A stretch of 64,000 nt of DNA from Mytilus edulis (Eukaryota), in contig NC_092355.1 of the NCBI RefSeq assembly GCF_963676685.1, positions 8,866,001 to 8,930,000 on the forward strand. Reading direction: 5' to 3'. Of this stretch, positions 51,560-64,000 are shown one piece after another. Position 1 is the stretch's first letter, and each line of letters opens with the position of its first letter. The position numbers and the translations under genes are program-made. The notes beneath the pieces are model-generated. The model did not search any database. It was not told the origin of the DNA and saw nothing but the letters and a program-made list of their open reading frames with translations.

Positions 51560-52420
51560 TTGAACATATTATCGGCACCAATATAATCTAACACATAGAA
51601 AGTCACTTAATCCTTATGGATGCTCAACATGGCTTCAGAAAAGAATCCTAACTGATTAGCATCATTCAGAACCTAGAAAAAAACAAAGACAATAAAGAGC
51701 AAAAAGATTATATCTTCTTAGTCTTTTGACAAAAGTCCCTCATTATCAACTATTTTATAAGATCGACAACTATGAAATTAAAGGGACACCAATAAACTAG
51801 CTGATTATCTTTCTGTGTGACATGCAGACCGCAATGTGTACTCCTGCAGTCTGGAGTCTCACAAGTTGGCATGTTTTTTCCGCTGATGTTATTTATTATA
51901 AAAAAAATATCTAAGAATATGTGTCAAAAAGGAACCACAAAAGATGCGAACACCACTCAAAACAACCTAGTTGGACTGCAACAATGGTAGACAAACTGGT
52001 GGATGGAATTTCACCCCCTAAAATTCCAATTTCGATGAGTAACAACAAAGCAAAATACTGTTAAAGTAAACTACAACTTCCATGACTATATCCTAGAAGA
52101 AGTTGACTCGGCAAAATATTTTGGCATATCAATGCACAAATTATTACTGAACAAGTATACATATTTGTATAGGGGTCAGCTTCCATGTGCGGGAGTTTCG
52201 CGCTGCATTGAAGACCAATTGGTGGCCTTCGGCTGTTGTCTGCTCTATTTTCGGGTAGTTGTCTCTTTGACACATTTCACATTTCCACTGTCAATTTTAT
52301 ACAAAACATCAAGCCGGAATCAAAACATTGAACTACTAAGCCAAAATGATGAACGCGTTCTCCAATTGCTTTATATTTCCATGGGATATTGTCCAAGTCA
52401 AACAAAGAGCACATCATATT
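51560..52420 (+). pseudogene. Highly degraded CR1-like reverse transcriptase fragment, interrupted by a short repeat (about 52140-52300)
   Basis: Remnants such as DAQHGFRK, FDK/VPH..LFYKI and W..WWMEFHP.K across frames. Confidence 0.55.
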
Positions 52421-52564
52421 AAATTGTCTTTTATTATTTAATACAAATACATAAAATAGTACACAATAAACAATTTTACTATGATTTTATTCTGTTCGAA
52501 TTCTTATTATATTAAACAAATATATTTAAAAAAAAAAAATATCAACAATAAAGTTCAAACACTA

Positions 52565-52908
52565 TAAGTTATATGGTTCATTACTGACCCCTACGGATCC
52601 ATAGAGGGTTAGTCAAATTCATAGAGGTGAAGCCGGAGGCCGCATCCCCTATGGACTTTATTCACCCTCTATGGATCCGTAGGGAGTCAGTAGTCTAACC
52701 GTACAACGAATTTATCACACGCTGGACTTTTTCTGCTGCGTTTTTTTGAAAAATAAACAATGAAACACAACAAGATTAATAGATGACGTCACCATTAACG
52801 CGTCATGAACCCCCTAGGAAATTTACTAACTCCCTACGGTCTCATAGGGAGTCACCACGTGACGGCGTTAAATCAACCAAAACGTGATAATTTACCCGCG
52901 GTGCGATA
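52565..52908. mobile_element. Short long-hairpin element
   Basis: Arms 52582-52609 / 52664-52692, partial arm copy 52824-52851, weak sub-terminal IR 52713-52725 / 52896-52908. Confidence 0.6.
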
Positions 52909-54339
52909 GTACAAAATGGTAAAAATCAGTGTAAACTGTTACTGAAAATTCTAAATTACAGCATTTTGTTAATACACGGAACCTATTCCTATATATAGAT
53001 TGATTTAGTTATAATAAGATTGTTATAACTGTTACAATGAATGTAATAATACATATTTAATTGCACCAGAAGCTGACAAATAATACATTTAATTTCTACA
53101 GATAAATCACTCTGCAATGTTTCAAATTGTGACAAATGAAAACAAAATCGAAAGAGCAATACTCCTTTTATTCATGGACATTTAAGTATACACATATATT
53201 GCTTACAAACAGTTTTTACAGTAAGATTTTTTTTTAAACAGTCACTTGAATTTTGAAAATTAGTCAAGAGACATACATGATTGAATCCACTGAAATGTTG
53301 GAAGATGCTTCTTGGAAACGTAATGAAATAACTACAAAATGGTAAACGAGATTTGAAAACAAAATCTTCACCTTACAAGGACTTTCATTTAAAATGATAA
53401 AAACTGCTCTTTTTTAAAAATAATTTACTCGACAGTAACATGACTCTAAAATTGGGGAAAATACCATCTTAATGATAACAAAACAATTGAATGCCACACT
53501 TTAATCGTCAAAGCAGGATGATAATACAAAGCAGTCAGTCATTTTTTATGACTTTCAGGAGAGATAACAGAATCCCAAACAAGAATGTACACACTGAAAT
53601 GTCTACTTTTTTACTTTTTATTTTTTATTTTTAGTGCACTTTTGTTTCTGGTCCTTTTTTGAGTATCTCTAATATCCAGCTGGTCTTAGGAGTGAAACAA
53701 ACACAATCAACTAAGTATTATGACTATCATTACTATTTCACCAATGTAACCACTCAAGGTAAACATTTTAAAAAGAGATCCAGAATATTAAAATAAATTT
53801 TATGAAATATAAATTTTGACAATTAATGTATCTACAGAGACTATACTCAAAACAGAATTTAAACCTATTTTATTTATAATATATTTTGCTTATTTGTTAT
53901 TGACTGCTTCAGTCATCAGGCTTCATTTTGAATGTATGACCTGAAGGAAAAATTTAGAGAAAATGAAATGAAAAAGGGGAAAACTGATTTCAAGGTTTCA
54001 AATTATATCATCTCTTTCTTAGATAAACAATGGACTAAAAATGAGGACGCATCGCACACGCCTTTTACGCAAGCGGATATCAATATATATTTTTAAACAT
54101 GACAATTTATTGCAAAACAAATAAACATTCTACGACACATTTGTCCTGTATCTAAAGACTTGATAATCACTGTATTTTCTATAGAAAGTATGGTTATAAT
54201 GTGTAAATTTAATCAGCTGTATTCAGTGCAACGTATCTTGTAAATTGACAGTTCCCGAACATCACATAAAAACAAGAAATAAAGGGTAGGCCACGATAGC
54301 AAAGAGATCTAAGGGAATACATACACAATAGAAAACATG

Positions 54340-56985
54340 AACCAACATAGCAATGAACATAAAATGGTAGTCTGTATCTGTATACAGTATATAAAGTATG
54401 TCATACAATCAGTAACCACCATTGCAATAAACATAAAGGTAAATCATATTTGTATACTGTATTTAAGGTGTGTTATACAATCCATTATCGATATAGCATA
54501 ATCTTAAAATTTAGTCCTTATTTGTATATAGAATTTAATGTATGTCATACAATCAGTTATAACCATAGCAATGAACATAAAATGGTAGTTCATATTTGTA
54601 TACAGTATATAAGGTATGTCATACAATCGTTAAACACCTTAAGCAATACACATACAATGGTATTCTATATTTGTATAAAGTATATTATTTTTTTCGTACA
54701 ATCAATTACCGCTATAGCAATAAACATGAAATGATAGTCAAGATTTATAAACAGTATATAAAGTATGTCATACAAACAGTAACCACCATAGCAATGAACA
54801 TAAAATGGTTGTCTGTATGTGTATAAAGTATGTAAAGTACATTTGTATGCCATACATTTAGTAACCACTATATCAATCAACATAAAATGGTAGTCTATAT
54901 TTGTATACAGTATATGAAATATGTCAAACGAACAGTAATTGCTATACCAATCAACATAATTGGTAGCCAAGATTTATAAAGTATATGAAGTATGTCATAC
55001 ATTTAGTAACCACTATAGCAATCAACATAAAATGGTAGTCAAGATTTGTATACTTTATTATTATGTCATACAATCTATAACCACTAAAGCTATGAACAAA
55101 AAATGGCAGTCTGTATTTTTATATAGATGAGACCGTTGGTTTTCCCGTTTGAATGGTTTTACACTAGTAATTTTGGGGCCCTTTATAGCTTGTTGTTCGG
55201 TGTGAGCCAAGGCTCCGTGTTAAATGCTGTACATTGACCTATAATGGTTTACTTTTTTTTTTTAAATTGTTATTTGGATGGAGAGTTGTCTCATTGGCAC
55301 TCACACCACATCTTTCTATATCTAAATATCTTAATTTTTGTCTACTGTTTACCAGCTTGACCAGTGAAGTGTAAACATTTTCAAAAAAAATATTATAAAG
55401 ATTATTTTGAGTCTCCTCCTTTTTTTTATTGGATACAATCACTTTTTTAAATCTTTTTTTAATTTTTGTACTTCCACTAAAAAGTATGAGTTAGTTCTGT
55501 TTTGAATTAGATAAATACAAAAATTTGAAGACTTGTCAGATAAATATATATTAATATTTGGAATATAATTAAGAAACTACTTTATTTCAAGAAAAAAATC
55601 ACTAAATAACCATAAAATTCAGATTTCACTTGTTGCCTAAAATCATGTTCGGCAATAGGATGAATAATCATCATCAGATGTCAGGTAATAAGCTTAATGC
55701 CTGAAAATTTCAGGCAATAACTTAATGCATAGGCGTTAGATTATTGCCTAAGATTTAAGCTTAATGTCTAATTTCACTTATTGCCGCTAACAAATACATT
55801 ATGTCATACAATCAATGACCAATATAGGAATAAACATTAAATGGTAGTATTTGTATACAGTGTATTAAACATGTCATACAATCAGTAACCAACATAGCAA
55901 TCAACATAAAATGGTATTTGTATACAGTAAATAAGGTGTATCATACAATCAGTAACTACCATAGCAAACACAAATTAGTACTAAGTATATATTTGTATAC
56001 TGTACACACATTTTGTCATACAATCAGTTATCGCCATAGCAATAAATAAAAATAGTCCATATTTGTACACAGTAAGTATGTCATACAATCAGTAACCAAA
56101 ATAGCAGGAAACATTAACTGGTAGTCAATATTTGTATTTATTATTAATTCGTATATTTTAACAAATTTGATTCGTTTAGGGATAAGCTCGTGTTAAACTA
56201 TATTTTCGAAGGTAGAGAGAAAACGGCGGATAGCAAAAAGCATATTGCACAGAGCATATTGCACGGTTATTTTTCGAATATCTAAAAACCGATTTACTTT
56301 GTGACGTCATGTAATGAATTTCAGGATATAGCTAAACGTTTTGAAACAAATGATATCTGTGATCGATTATTTGACAAAAAATCTTCAAAAAAAGATGTCA
56401 AACAAACAAACAAAATTAAATTTAATAGCAACTAATATGTTGTTATTGTTAAGGAGACAATATGCTATCTATAAAATTGAAACAAAATCAAATGACGATT
56501 TTGATACAAATATGCATAATGGTCTGAAATTAATAATATAACAAATATAGCCTTTGTATGAGGTCAATACAGGATATATCGACTTAAAGAAGTATATCGA
56601 CCTCGGACTTCGTCCTTATTCAATATACTTCTTTCAAGTCAATGTATCCTTGTATCGACCTCATACAAAGGCTGTATTTGTATAACATTATATAAGGCGT
56701 GTGATACAATCAATAACCACCATAGCAATATAAATCTATCTTTGTATACAGTATGTTTAGTATGTCATACAATCAGTTACCGCCATAGCAATATTCATAA
56801 ATTGATAATATATATGTGTATGTAGTATACAAAGCTTGACATACAATCATATTACCACCATATTAATATACATAAAATTGTAGGCTATATTTGTATACAG
56901 TATATGAAGTATGTCACTGCTATAGCAGTTAACATAACATGATAATCAAGATTTATAAACAATAAATGAAGTATATCATACAAAA
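54340..56985. repeat. Degenerate ~74-bp satellite interrupted by several insertions (last remnant about 59070-59120)
   Basis: Recurrent CATAGCAAT.AACATAAAATGGTAGTC...GTATGTCATACAATCAGTAACC. Confidence 0.8.
56140..56685. mobile_element. Long-hairpin element in opposite orientation
   Basis: Arms about 56541-56600 / 56621-56682 around CCTCGGACTTCGTCC; inserted in the 74-bp satellite. Confidence 0.6.
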
Positions 56986-57915
56986 ATTAAAAGCCAATTG
57001 TTCAGAGAACAATTGAAGGTCTTTCCACCGGTAAAGATCTATTTTGATATAAAAATATTAAAAATCAGTCTAAAATGTCACTTCCTATGGCTTTATGATG
57101 TATAAATATGAATTTAAAGCAAAGGTCAAAATCTAGAACGTCCTATTAACCAATGACCTTGAGCTCATTTTCAATGTCACAAACCAAGGACCTCAAAACA
57201 AAAGATGCAAGGTCTTATAATATGTATGGACAATGAGTTATATCACTTTATGCATAATTCAAAATATAAGATGGGCGAAAACTCCCATTTATTGTTTACG
57301 CACCCTTTCAACCAAAATTTATAAGTTACGACATGTCGTAACTAACAATTTAGTAAAAATAACATGTCGATATGTTATACAGTTTTTGAAGAAAAGTGAA
57401 AATAAGCCAAAATCAAAATTTATAATATGACCTTGACCTTTGACCTTGACCTAATTTTCATTTTTTTGGACCGAGGACCTTAAATCAAATGACCCTAGGT
57501 CTCTATTACCTATTGTTTACCAGTAAGAAATGCATATTACTAATATCAAATGCAAAAGGGGGAATAACTCTCATATGGAGTGTTCATATCGCTTCGGTTA
57601 AAATAGGACAAATCATGAGAAGGATATAACGAACAATTTTATAAAATAAATTTGTCGCATTTTTCTACGGTTACGGAGGAGATGCACACAGATGATAAAC
57701 AGTGAAAGGGGAGATAACTCTTACAAAGAAAATGGTTCGCCTTAGCAGGGTGAAATTTATAAGCGCATAAACTATACGATACCATATGATAAATATCTAA
57801 GCGACATATTGCGAAACAAACATTTATCGCAAGAACAAAATTTGGCGGAAGAAAAAAAAAATAATAATCAGAACAAATACAATAGGTCTTTCCACAGAAA
57901 AGTGGAAAGACCTAA
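56986..57915 (+). mobile_element. Helitron2/Helentron-like non-autonomous element 1
   Basis: 5' CCAATTGTTCAGAGAACAATTGAAGGTCTTTCCA; 3' hairpin GGTCTTTCCAC-AGAAAA-GTGGAAAGACC; TGACCTTTGACCTTGA motifs. Confidence 0.7.
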
Positions 57916-57920
57916 TAATA

Positions 57921-59070
57921 ATTAAAAACCAATTGTTCAGAGAACAATTGAAGGTCTTTCCATATCAAGAAGATAGTTGTTCATACTGATACGATAAATA
58001 ATGGTTTAATCATATTTTTAAGTGATATAAAGGAGATAATATGCTACTTCCGGTGAAATGAATGTCACTTCCGGTCTAATATGACAGCTTCTTTCACACT
58101 GATTCCAAAAATATATAGTTTCTATATACTTTTGTATTTAGAATGGGAGATACATGGTCACTTCCGGTTTGTTGGAAGTCATTTTTAGTCTTCAGTAATC
58201 AGTTTATGTATCTATATGACAAAATATATGGATTTTGAGTACTTTTATACGAAAAAATTGCAAAGAAGGTTACTTCCGGTTTTCTCAAGGTCACTTCCGG
58301 TAGTCATTTTTCAAGGTCATTTGTCATCCAAACTTTTGCACAAGGTCAAATGCCATTAAAATGGACTTAGTTGAAGTTATAATCAAATAACCTCATATCA
58401 AGACATTTCAGGGGCACTAACTCCTATTAGATGCTATTTAATTGTATCAGACCAAATGTAAAATATCTTAATAACTATATAGCAATCATTTTGCATTTGT
58501 TCTTTAATATATACCTTTTCAAGGGTTGGAGAAAATGCAAAAACATGGAAAATTCCGAATTTAGAACTTGACCTTGACCTTTGACCTTGACCCCATTTTC
58601 TAATAAAGGGCCTAGGGATCTCAAATAAATACATTCCAGGGTTATATGGTTGACGGTTTATTAGTTAATAACACATATTGAGAAAATAATTTTGTAAAGG
58701 TAGATAACTCCTATAAAATTTCATCGCATCGCTTCGATCCAAATAAGCCAAATTTTCCTTAGGATGTAATGAACAATTTGTAAAAAGAATTTTGTCGCTA
58801 TCTTTTTTTGTTACGAAGGAGATGCACTCTGATGATAAACAGTGAATAGGGAGATAACTCTTACAAAGAAAAGTGTTCGGCTTAGCAGGGTGAAATGTAA
58901 AAGCGCATAAACTGTACGATAGAATATGAGAAATATCTAAGCGACATATTGCGAAACAAACATTTGTCGCAATATCAAAATTAGGCGGAAGAAAAAAAAA
59001 AAAAAAAAAAAAATAATAATAATCAGAAGAAATACAATAGGTCTTTCCACAGAAAGGTGGAAAGACCTAA
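57921..59070 (+). mobile_element. Helitron2/Helentron-like non-autonomous element 2 (head-to-tail with element 1)
   Basis: Same termini as 56986-57915, homologous 3' half, different 5' interior. Confidence 0.7.
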
Positions 59071-59635
59071 TTACCACGATAGCAATCTGCATACTATGGT
59101 AGTCCGTTTTTGTATAAGGTCAAATAATCAGCAAAATATAACATTTTATAAAATGAAACAAATAATACAAAAACTGACCCTACTCATCAAGTAAAAATGA
59201 ATGTGACTTAAGAAAACAATGAAGTAATTGCAAACTACTAATCTATGATAAACGTGCAACTGTGTACCAAATGTGACGCAGTTGTAATAATTGAACACAT
59301 ATTTTGTTCTAAATCAAATAGGTTTTTCTGTTCCGGTGATACAACCGAGAAACATTCATGTTATAGAAAGCATTTCATACAAATTATGAACCAAAGAACA
59401 AGATTTCAGGATAAAGTTTTTTCTTAACCATCTGCATGCTATGGTACATATAAAACATCAGCTAACCAAATAATAAGATTTAAGTAAAAAGATTTTCTTG
59501 ACCATCTGTGTGCTATGGTAAAATATTAGGAAAAACAAAGAAAAAGACCAAAGACGATACCACTGACAAAAGAACTTGACGTTTAACAAACATTTCAACA
59601 TCCCTTGCATGTTTTCAACATGTCATAAAGAATCA

Positions 59636-61953
59636 TTACAATACAGAGCAAGGACAAGAAGAAAGAGTGTCCACCATCATGTGTTCTGATACAATCATTA
59701 CTATAGATGTATGTCTATTATCTGTAGCAATCTGTAAAGGGGATTTCCCATCTAGTCTACAAATCTGTGTATCTGCACCTTTATCTAACAATACACGTAC
59801 AATATCCTCATTTCCTACTTCACATGCAAAAAATAATGGAGTTGTTTCGTCTTCGTTTGTCATGTTGATGTTAGCATTGTGGTCTAGAAGACAACGGACT
59901 ACATCTAGCCTATTCATAAAGCATGCCAAGTGTAATGGAGAACAACCAGCCTCCATATTGAAGACGTAGTTTACTGTTTTCGTACTGATATAATCTGCTA
60001 CATATGAGGATGCTTTCTCTATAAGATAATCAAAACAAACCTGTTTTTCTTTTTCTAATGTTTTTGATGAATCACTTTTAATTGTATCTATGAAAGACTG
60101 TTTACTATAGCAACACATATTACAGTCAGCATTGCTCTTTACAAGTAGCTGTGTTATCTCTAGGTTTCCATTCAGTGCACTGAACCTTAAAGCATTACAT
60201 CCCACATAGGTCTGGGCATCAATGTTTGGTTTATGTTTCATTAATAGCTGTACTATACTGGTGTATGAACCTTCACAAGCATTAATGAGTGGTGTGAAAC
60301 CATACTTGTTACATAAATCAACATTAGGATTCTTCTCTAACAGTAACTTTACTATATCAGTATGTCCATTCTGACTTGCCCTGTTCAGAGGACTACAGCT
60401 ATTATTGTCACATAGATCAACATTAGGATTCTTCTCTAACAGTAACTTTACTATATCAGTATGTCCATTATGACTTGCCCTGTTCAGAGGACTAAAGCCA
60501 TTCTTGTCACATAGATCAACATTAGGATTCTTCTCTAACAGTAACTTTACTATATCAGTATGTCCATTCTGACTTGCCATGTACAGTCCAGTAACCATAT
60601 TATTTCTACATTGATCTACATTCACATTATTATGTAACAACCACTGTACAATATCAGTATAACCATCATAACAAGTTAGTATCAGTGGAGTATTACCTGA
60701 TCCATAATTCTCCTTTGGTATCATTATGTCCTTGGTATTGGCTAATGCTACTTGTTCTGATGTTTTTAGTTGTTGTAAGTAATGTAATAACTGTTGTATG
60801 AATGATGATCTCTTCATATTATTGTTGTTTAACACAGCTGTCACATATCCAGATGACCAGTCCTTTATACACCTTTTTAGATATGTTTCTAAATTATTAT
60901 CTGGTATTTCAATGAAGTCTATGTTACTGTTCTCGGCATCTAGTGATTTCTGCCAAATAAAACGTGAATGTACTAATTCACTATCACCATGGTCTATCAG
61001 ACATTCAATTATTTTCTGGCCGAAGTAATGAACAAGGAAGTCAAAAAGTTTATCATGTAGAGATCTATAAACACCATTTTGTTTACAGATAAATGTACCA
61101 TCGAGGGTGTCAAGGGCATGTTGCATTTTTGTCTTGGATATTCGTCTGTCCAATCCACAAGCATTAAATGTGTCTTTTATGATCTGGTTTTGCTCCTTCG
61201 TTACTTTTCCCAAGAACCATTTTTCTTCTAGGTGATTATTAAAAAGAACACATAAAGCAAGACTACATATTCTATATTTCCCTTCATCACCATGTGCACT
61301 TAGATTGTCTAGCTCATTTTTATAGAAAGCAAAAGGATTTTTGAAAAATTCTTCTGCATCTACATTTTTCTTGTCATGATATAAACTACACAACAGTGGA
61401 AAAAAATCATACTTTTGTGATAAGTCATGAAGATCTTTCATGCGTGTGCCAATGTAAGTATTTGCTATCTTTGTTTTCTCTACAGATGTAAGTCCTAACG
61501 TATCTGATATTAAGTTGCATTCATTTGATTTAAAAGTTGATAATATATTAAACTTTTCATCTTTATAGACTTGTAACCTACATGAGACAATAATCTTACA
61601 ACATTTATCTGCAATAATAGTATCAATCACAGGTAACATTTGTTTCCAGTTATCAATATGTTGTTGGTTGGCAGTGAAATTTCCACAAATATCATCTACA
61701 ATGAAGACTGTCTGTTTACCAGGTTGATAATAAGTTCTTACGTCTGTTGGTGAGTAAACTGGTATTATATTGTATCCTTCTTTCTTTAAAAGAAGTGCTG
61801 TGTGTCTTGCAATGAATGATTTTCCAACACCTGATGGGGCGGTTAGAGTCAAACAACTGTTGTCCTGTAAACGTTCCATGATGTAATCACTGGCTCTAGT
61901 AGACACGAACATCTTATCTTTCTTTTCCCAGTCTTCTGTTTGTTTTTTTTTAT
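59636..61953 (-). CDS. Terminal exon of a STAND (nSTAND3-like) P-loop NTPase - ankyrin repeat protein
   Basis: Open 778-aa frame; Walker A APSGVGKS, Walker B VFIVDD, KIIVSCR; about 9 ankyrin repeats; acceptors ttttcag (61959-61961) or tgcag (61954-61955) at its start, so earlier exons lie further right. Confidence 0.9.
60290..60585 (-). repeat. Three near-identical 99-bp ankyrin-coding units
   Basis: GHTDIVKLLLEKNPNVDLC x3; DNA block at 60317, 60416 and 60515. Confidence 0.9.
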
Positions 61954-64000
61954 CTGCACTGAAAATATACAAGAGTAACTAATACAAAACCCAACTATTA
62001 ATATGCCAGCTTTAGCTGTCACTTATGGAGGAAGCATCGTTTTGGAATAAAGAACTATAACTCTCTCTACACGACCCATCTGAAAAGTTTCGTCACTCTA
62101 GTTAAATTTGGTACGATTATTTTTTTTAATGGCTCCCGAATTTGTTTCAACGCGAACTTGAAAAAACGGAACAGATCGGAAAAATTTCGATGTTGAATAC
62201 GACATGAATTATTACTTGTTTACAAAAACAAGAATTCAGAAATTTTGGTAACTTGTGTAGTTTATTTAAATTTATTGTACCGCGGAAATAACAGAAGTTT
62301 GGACAAAAACATCTGACGCCATGTTTCGTCTGCTCATCTTTTCATTAGCAGTGAGGTAAAAACATATTTCCTAAATAATCACAGGTACTTCATTTAAAAG
62401 TCACACAATTATAATTAATGATAACATATTTAGCGTAAAAGTTCAGTCCAACCATGGGAACACAGAAAAAACCTCTGCAAGCAATACATTTCAGATTTTT
62501 TGTTTATAATGGCCATGCGGCATGCGGGAAAAACTCCGGTGCACTGGTTGACCATGACTTCTTATGTTCATCTGCCACATAATTCAACAGTGATAATGAC
62601 GTTGGTTATACTGCTGAATGTGATCACGGTTATTCATGTAGCACATAGACTAATTCAAAACTTAACAAAAGTTTAAAACAAAACAAAATATTCAAATAAA
62701 TCACAATCTTCTAAATTTTTCTGTACTTCTTTGGCAAACTCTCAACAAATCTTTTTACTGATTATGTGGCATATCAGAAATCTACCTTATACAGTCCCAG
62801 GAGATTTTGTTTTCTCTCTCCAAGTTTAATCATGAGGAGACTTGAGTCTGAGTAGTACATTTAACTTTTTTTTAAGTACAGACTGTATATATTGTGTGCT
62901 CCCATATTGTCCAAAATTGGATTTTATGGGAAGATGGAGTTAAAATGATAACCCATGATAATACCATGACTTTGATAGGTATATATACAGGGCATGTTAC
63001 TTGGAAGTATGTAGGCTACATCCTTTAAAATTCCAGCTGCAACTGTCGCCTGTATATTTTGGGCGTCAGTTTAAACCTGATCAAAACATTTTCACTCTAC
63101 CTAGTACTTTATCACTACACCAGGTGCACATTTCAACATTGAGCAGTACACACTTATGGTTTTAAAACATCACAGTACCAAAATTGCACTTAGTAACCAA
63201 ATTGCACCTATTCAACAAAAAAAGCTGCGGAAATCTTACAAGTTTCTTTTCACCATGTGAAGTAATCTGATTATCATCTTTTGAAAATGAGCAAATTAAA
63301 TTTGTTACAAGCATCCTTTTCTTCAATATAATTGTTGAAGCATGGAATAATGTAAAATCGTTCGAAATATTTGAAGAAATAAAACAAAATGTCTGTTTAT
63401 ATTTCAGTTTTAAGGATTTGAAATTAAACATGTAATGATGTATGGAATTTGGGTACTGACTTCATTACAGAATCAATTACAGTTCAAAGCCTTTTTTCTA
63501 TGACTCGACATGGACTCAAAATTAAATTAGTGTAACTATGTTGTAAACAAAGATAGTCTATAAAATAAGCACAGAATGGACTTTTGTCTGGTTCACAAAA
63601 AAAAATTGGTGAAAAAACTGACAATAAAGGTGCAATTTGGGTACTCTCATGTTAGCAACTTCACAACTGCAAATTTATTTTCAGGACGAAAATAAAAAAA
63701 AGTACAATCCTAAAAGGCCATAAAATGCTTCGCCACGCACAGCCTGATACGACCACAGATGTATATTTAGCATATAACACACACCAAATTGTTTATGTCA
63801 GTTGAAATCAAGCATATTTTAATTGTGGGCCCTTCAAACTTCAATATAGACTAATTTGAAAACAGGTATCAGGTGAACCCAAACATTTCTATTCAGCAGC
63901 AGTCTCTAGCTACATATCTCCTTAACTTTATATGATAGTCCTACACAAATATTGAAAATGTGTATTTTCATTTTTTCTAGCTTCTCTCATGGTAAAGCGG

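Noticed and set aside
59636-61972. Treating the 778-aa ORF as a complete single-exon gene
   Set aside because: It begins at a TTG inside a polypyrimidine acceptor, so it is a 3' exon; I could not identify upstream exons in 62000-64000.

Overview
AT-rich eukaryotic genomic DNA, most likely from a bivalve mollusc such as Mytilus (inferred from the repeat families and hammerhead-ribozyme repeats). There are four main components. (1) Two tandem paralogues of a multi-exon, secreted short collagen gene on the + strand, which the ORF track largely misses. Copy A (exons 1371-7769, 5' end outside the window) looks intact. Copy B (33291-42007) can be read from signal peptide through an RVKR convertase site and an acidic Tyr-rich peptide into a Gly-X-Y exon swollen by about 17 x 90-bp repeats, and it is disabled by two stops and a frameshift. 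(2) A family of minimal type I hammerhead ribozymes (retrozyme/Penelope type), including a perfect copy at 50953-50996. (3) A ~4.8 kb degenerate LINE (ORF1 + APE/RT/CCHC ORF2) inserted inside a retrozyme-type unit just upstream of that hammerhead. Its ORF1 and ORF2 are in the same frame, separated only by one TAG. (4) The large terminal exon of a STAND (nSTAND3-like) NTPase-ankyrin gene on the - strand. The remainder is satellites (34-, 28-, ~74-bp), minisatellites, a CACTA element, MITEs, Helitron2/Helentron-like elements, long-hairpin elements, a tRNA-SINE, and Penelope/CR1 fragments. All calls were made by eye; no database search was run.
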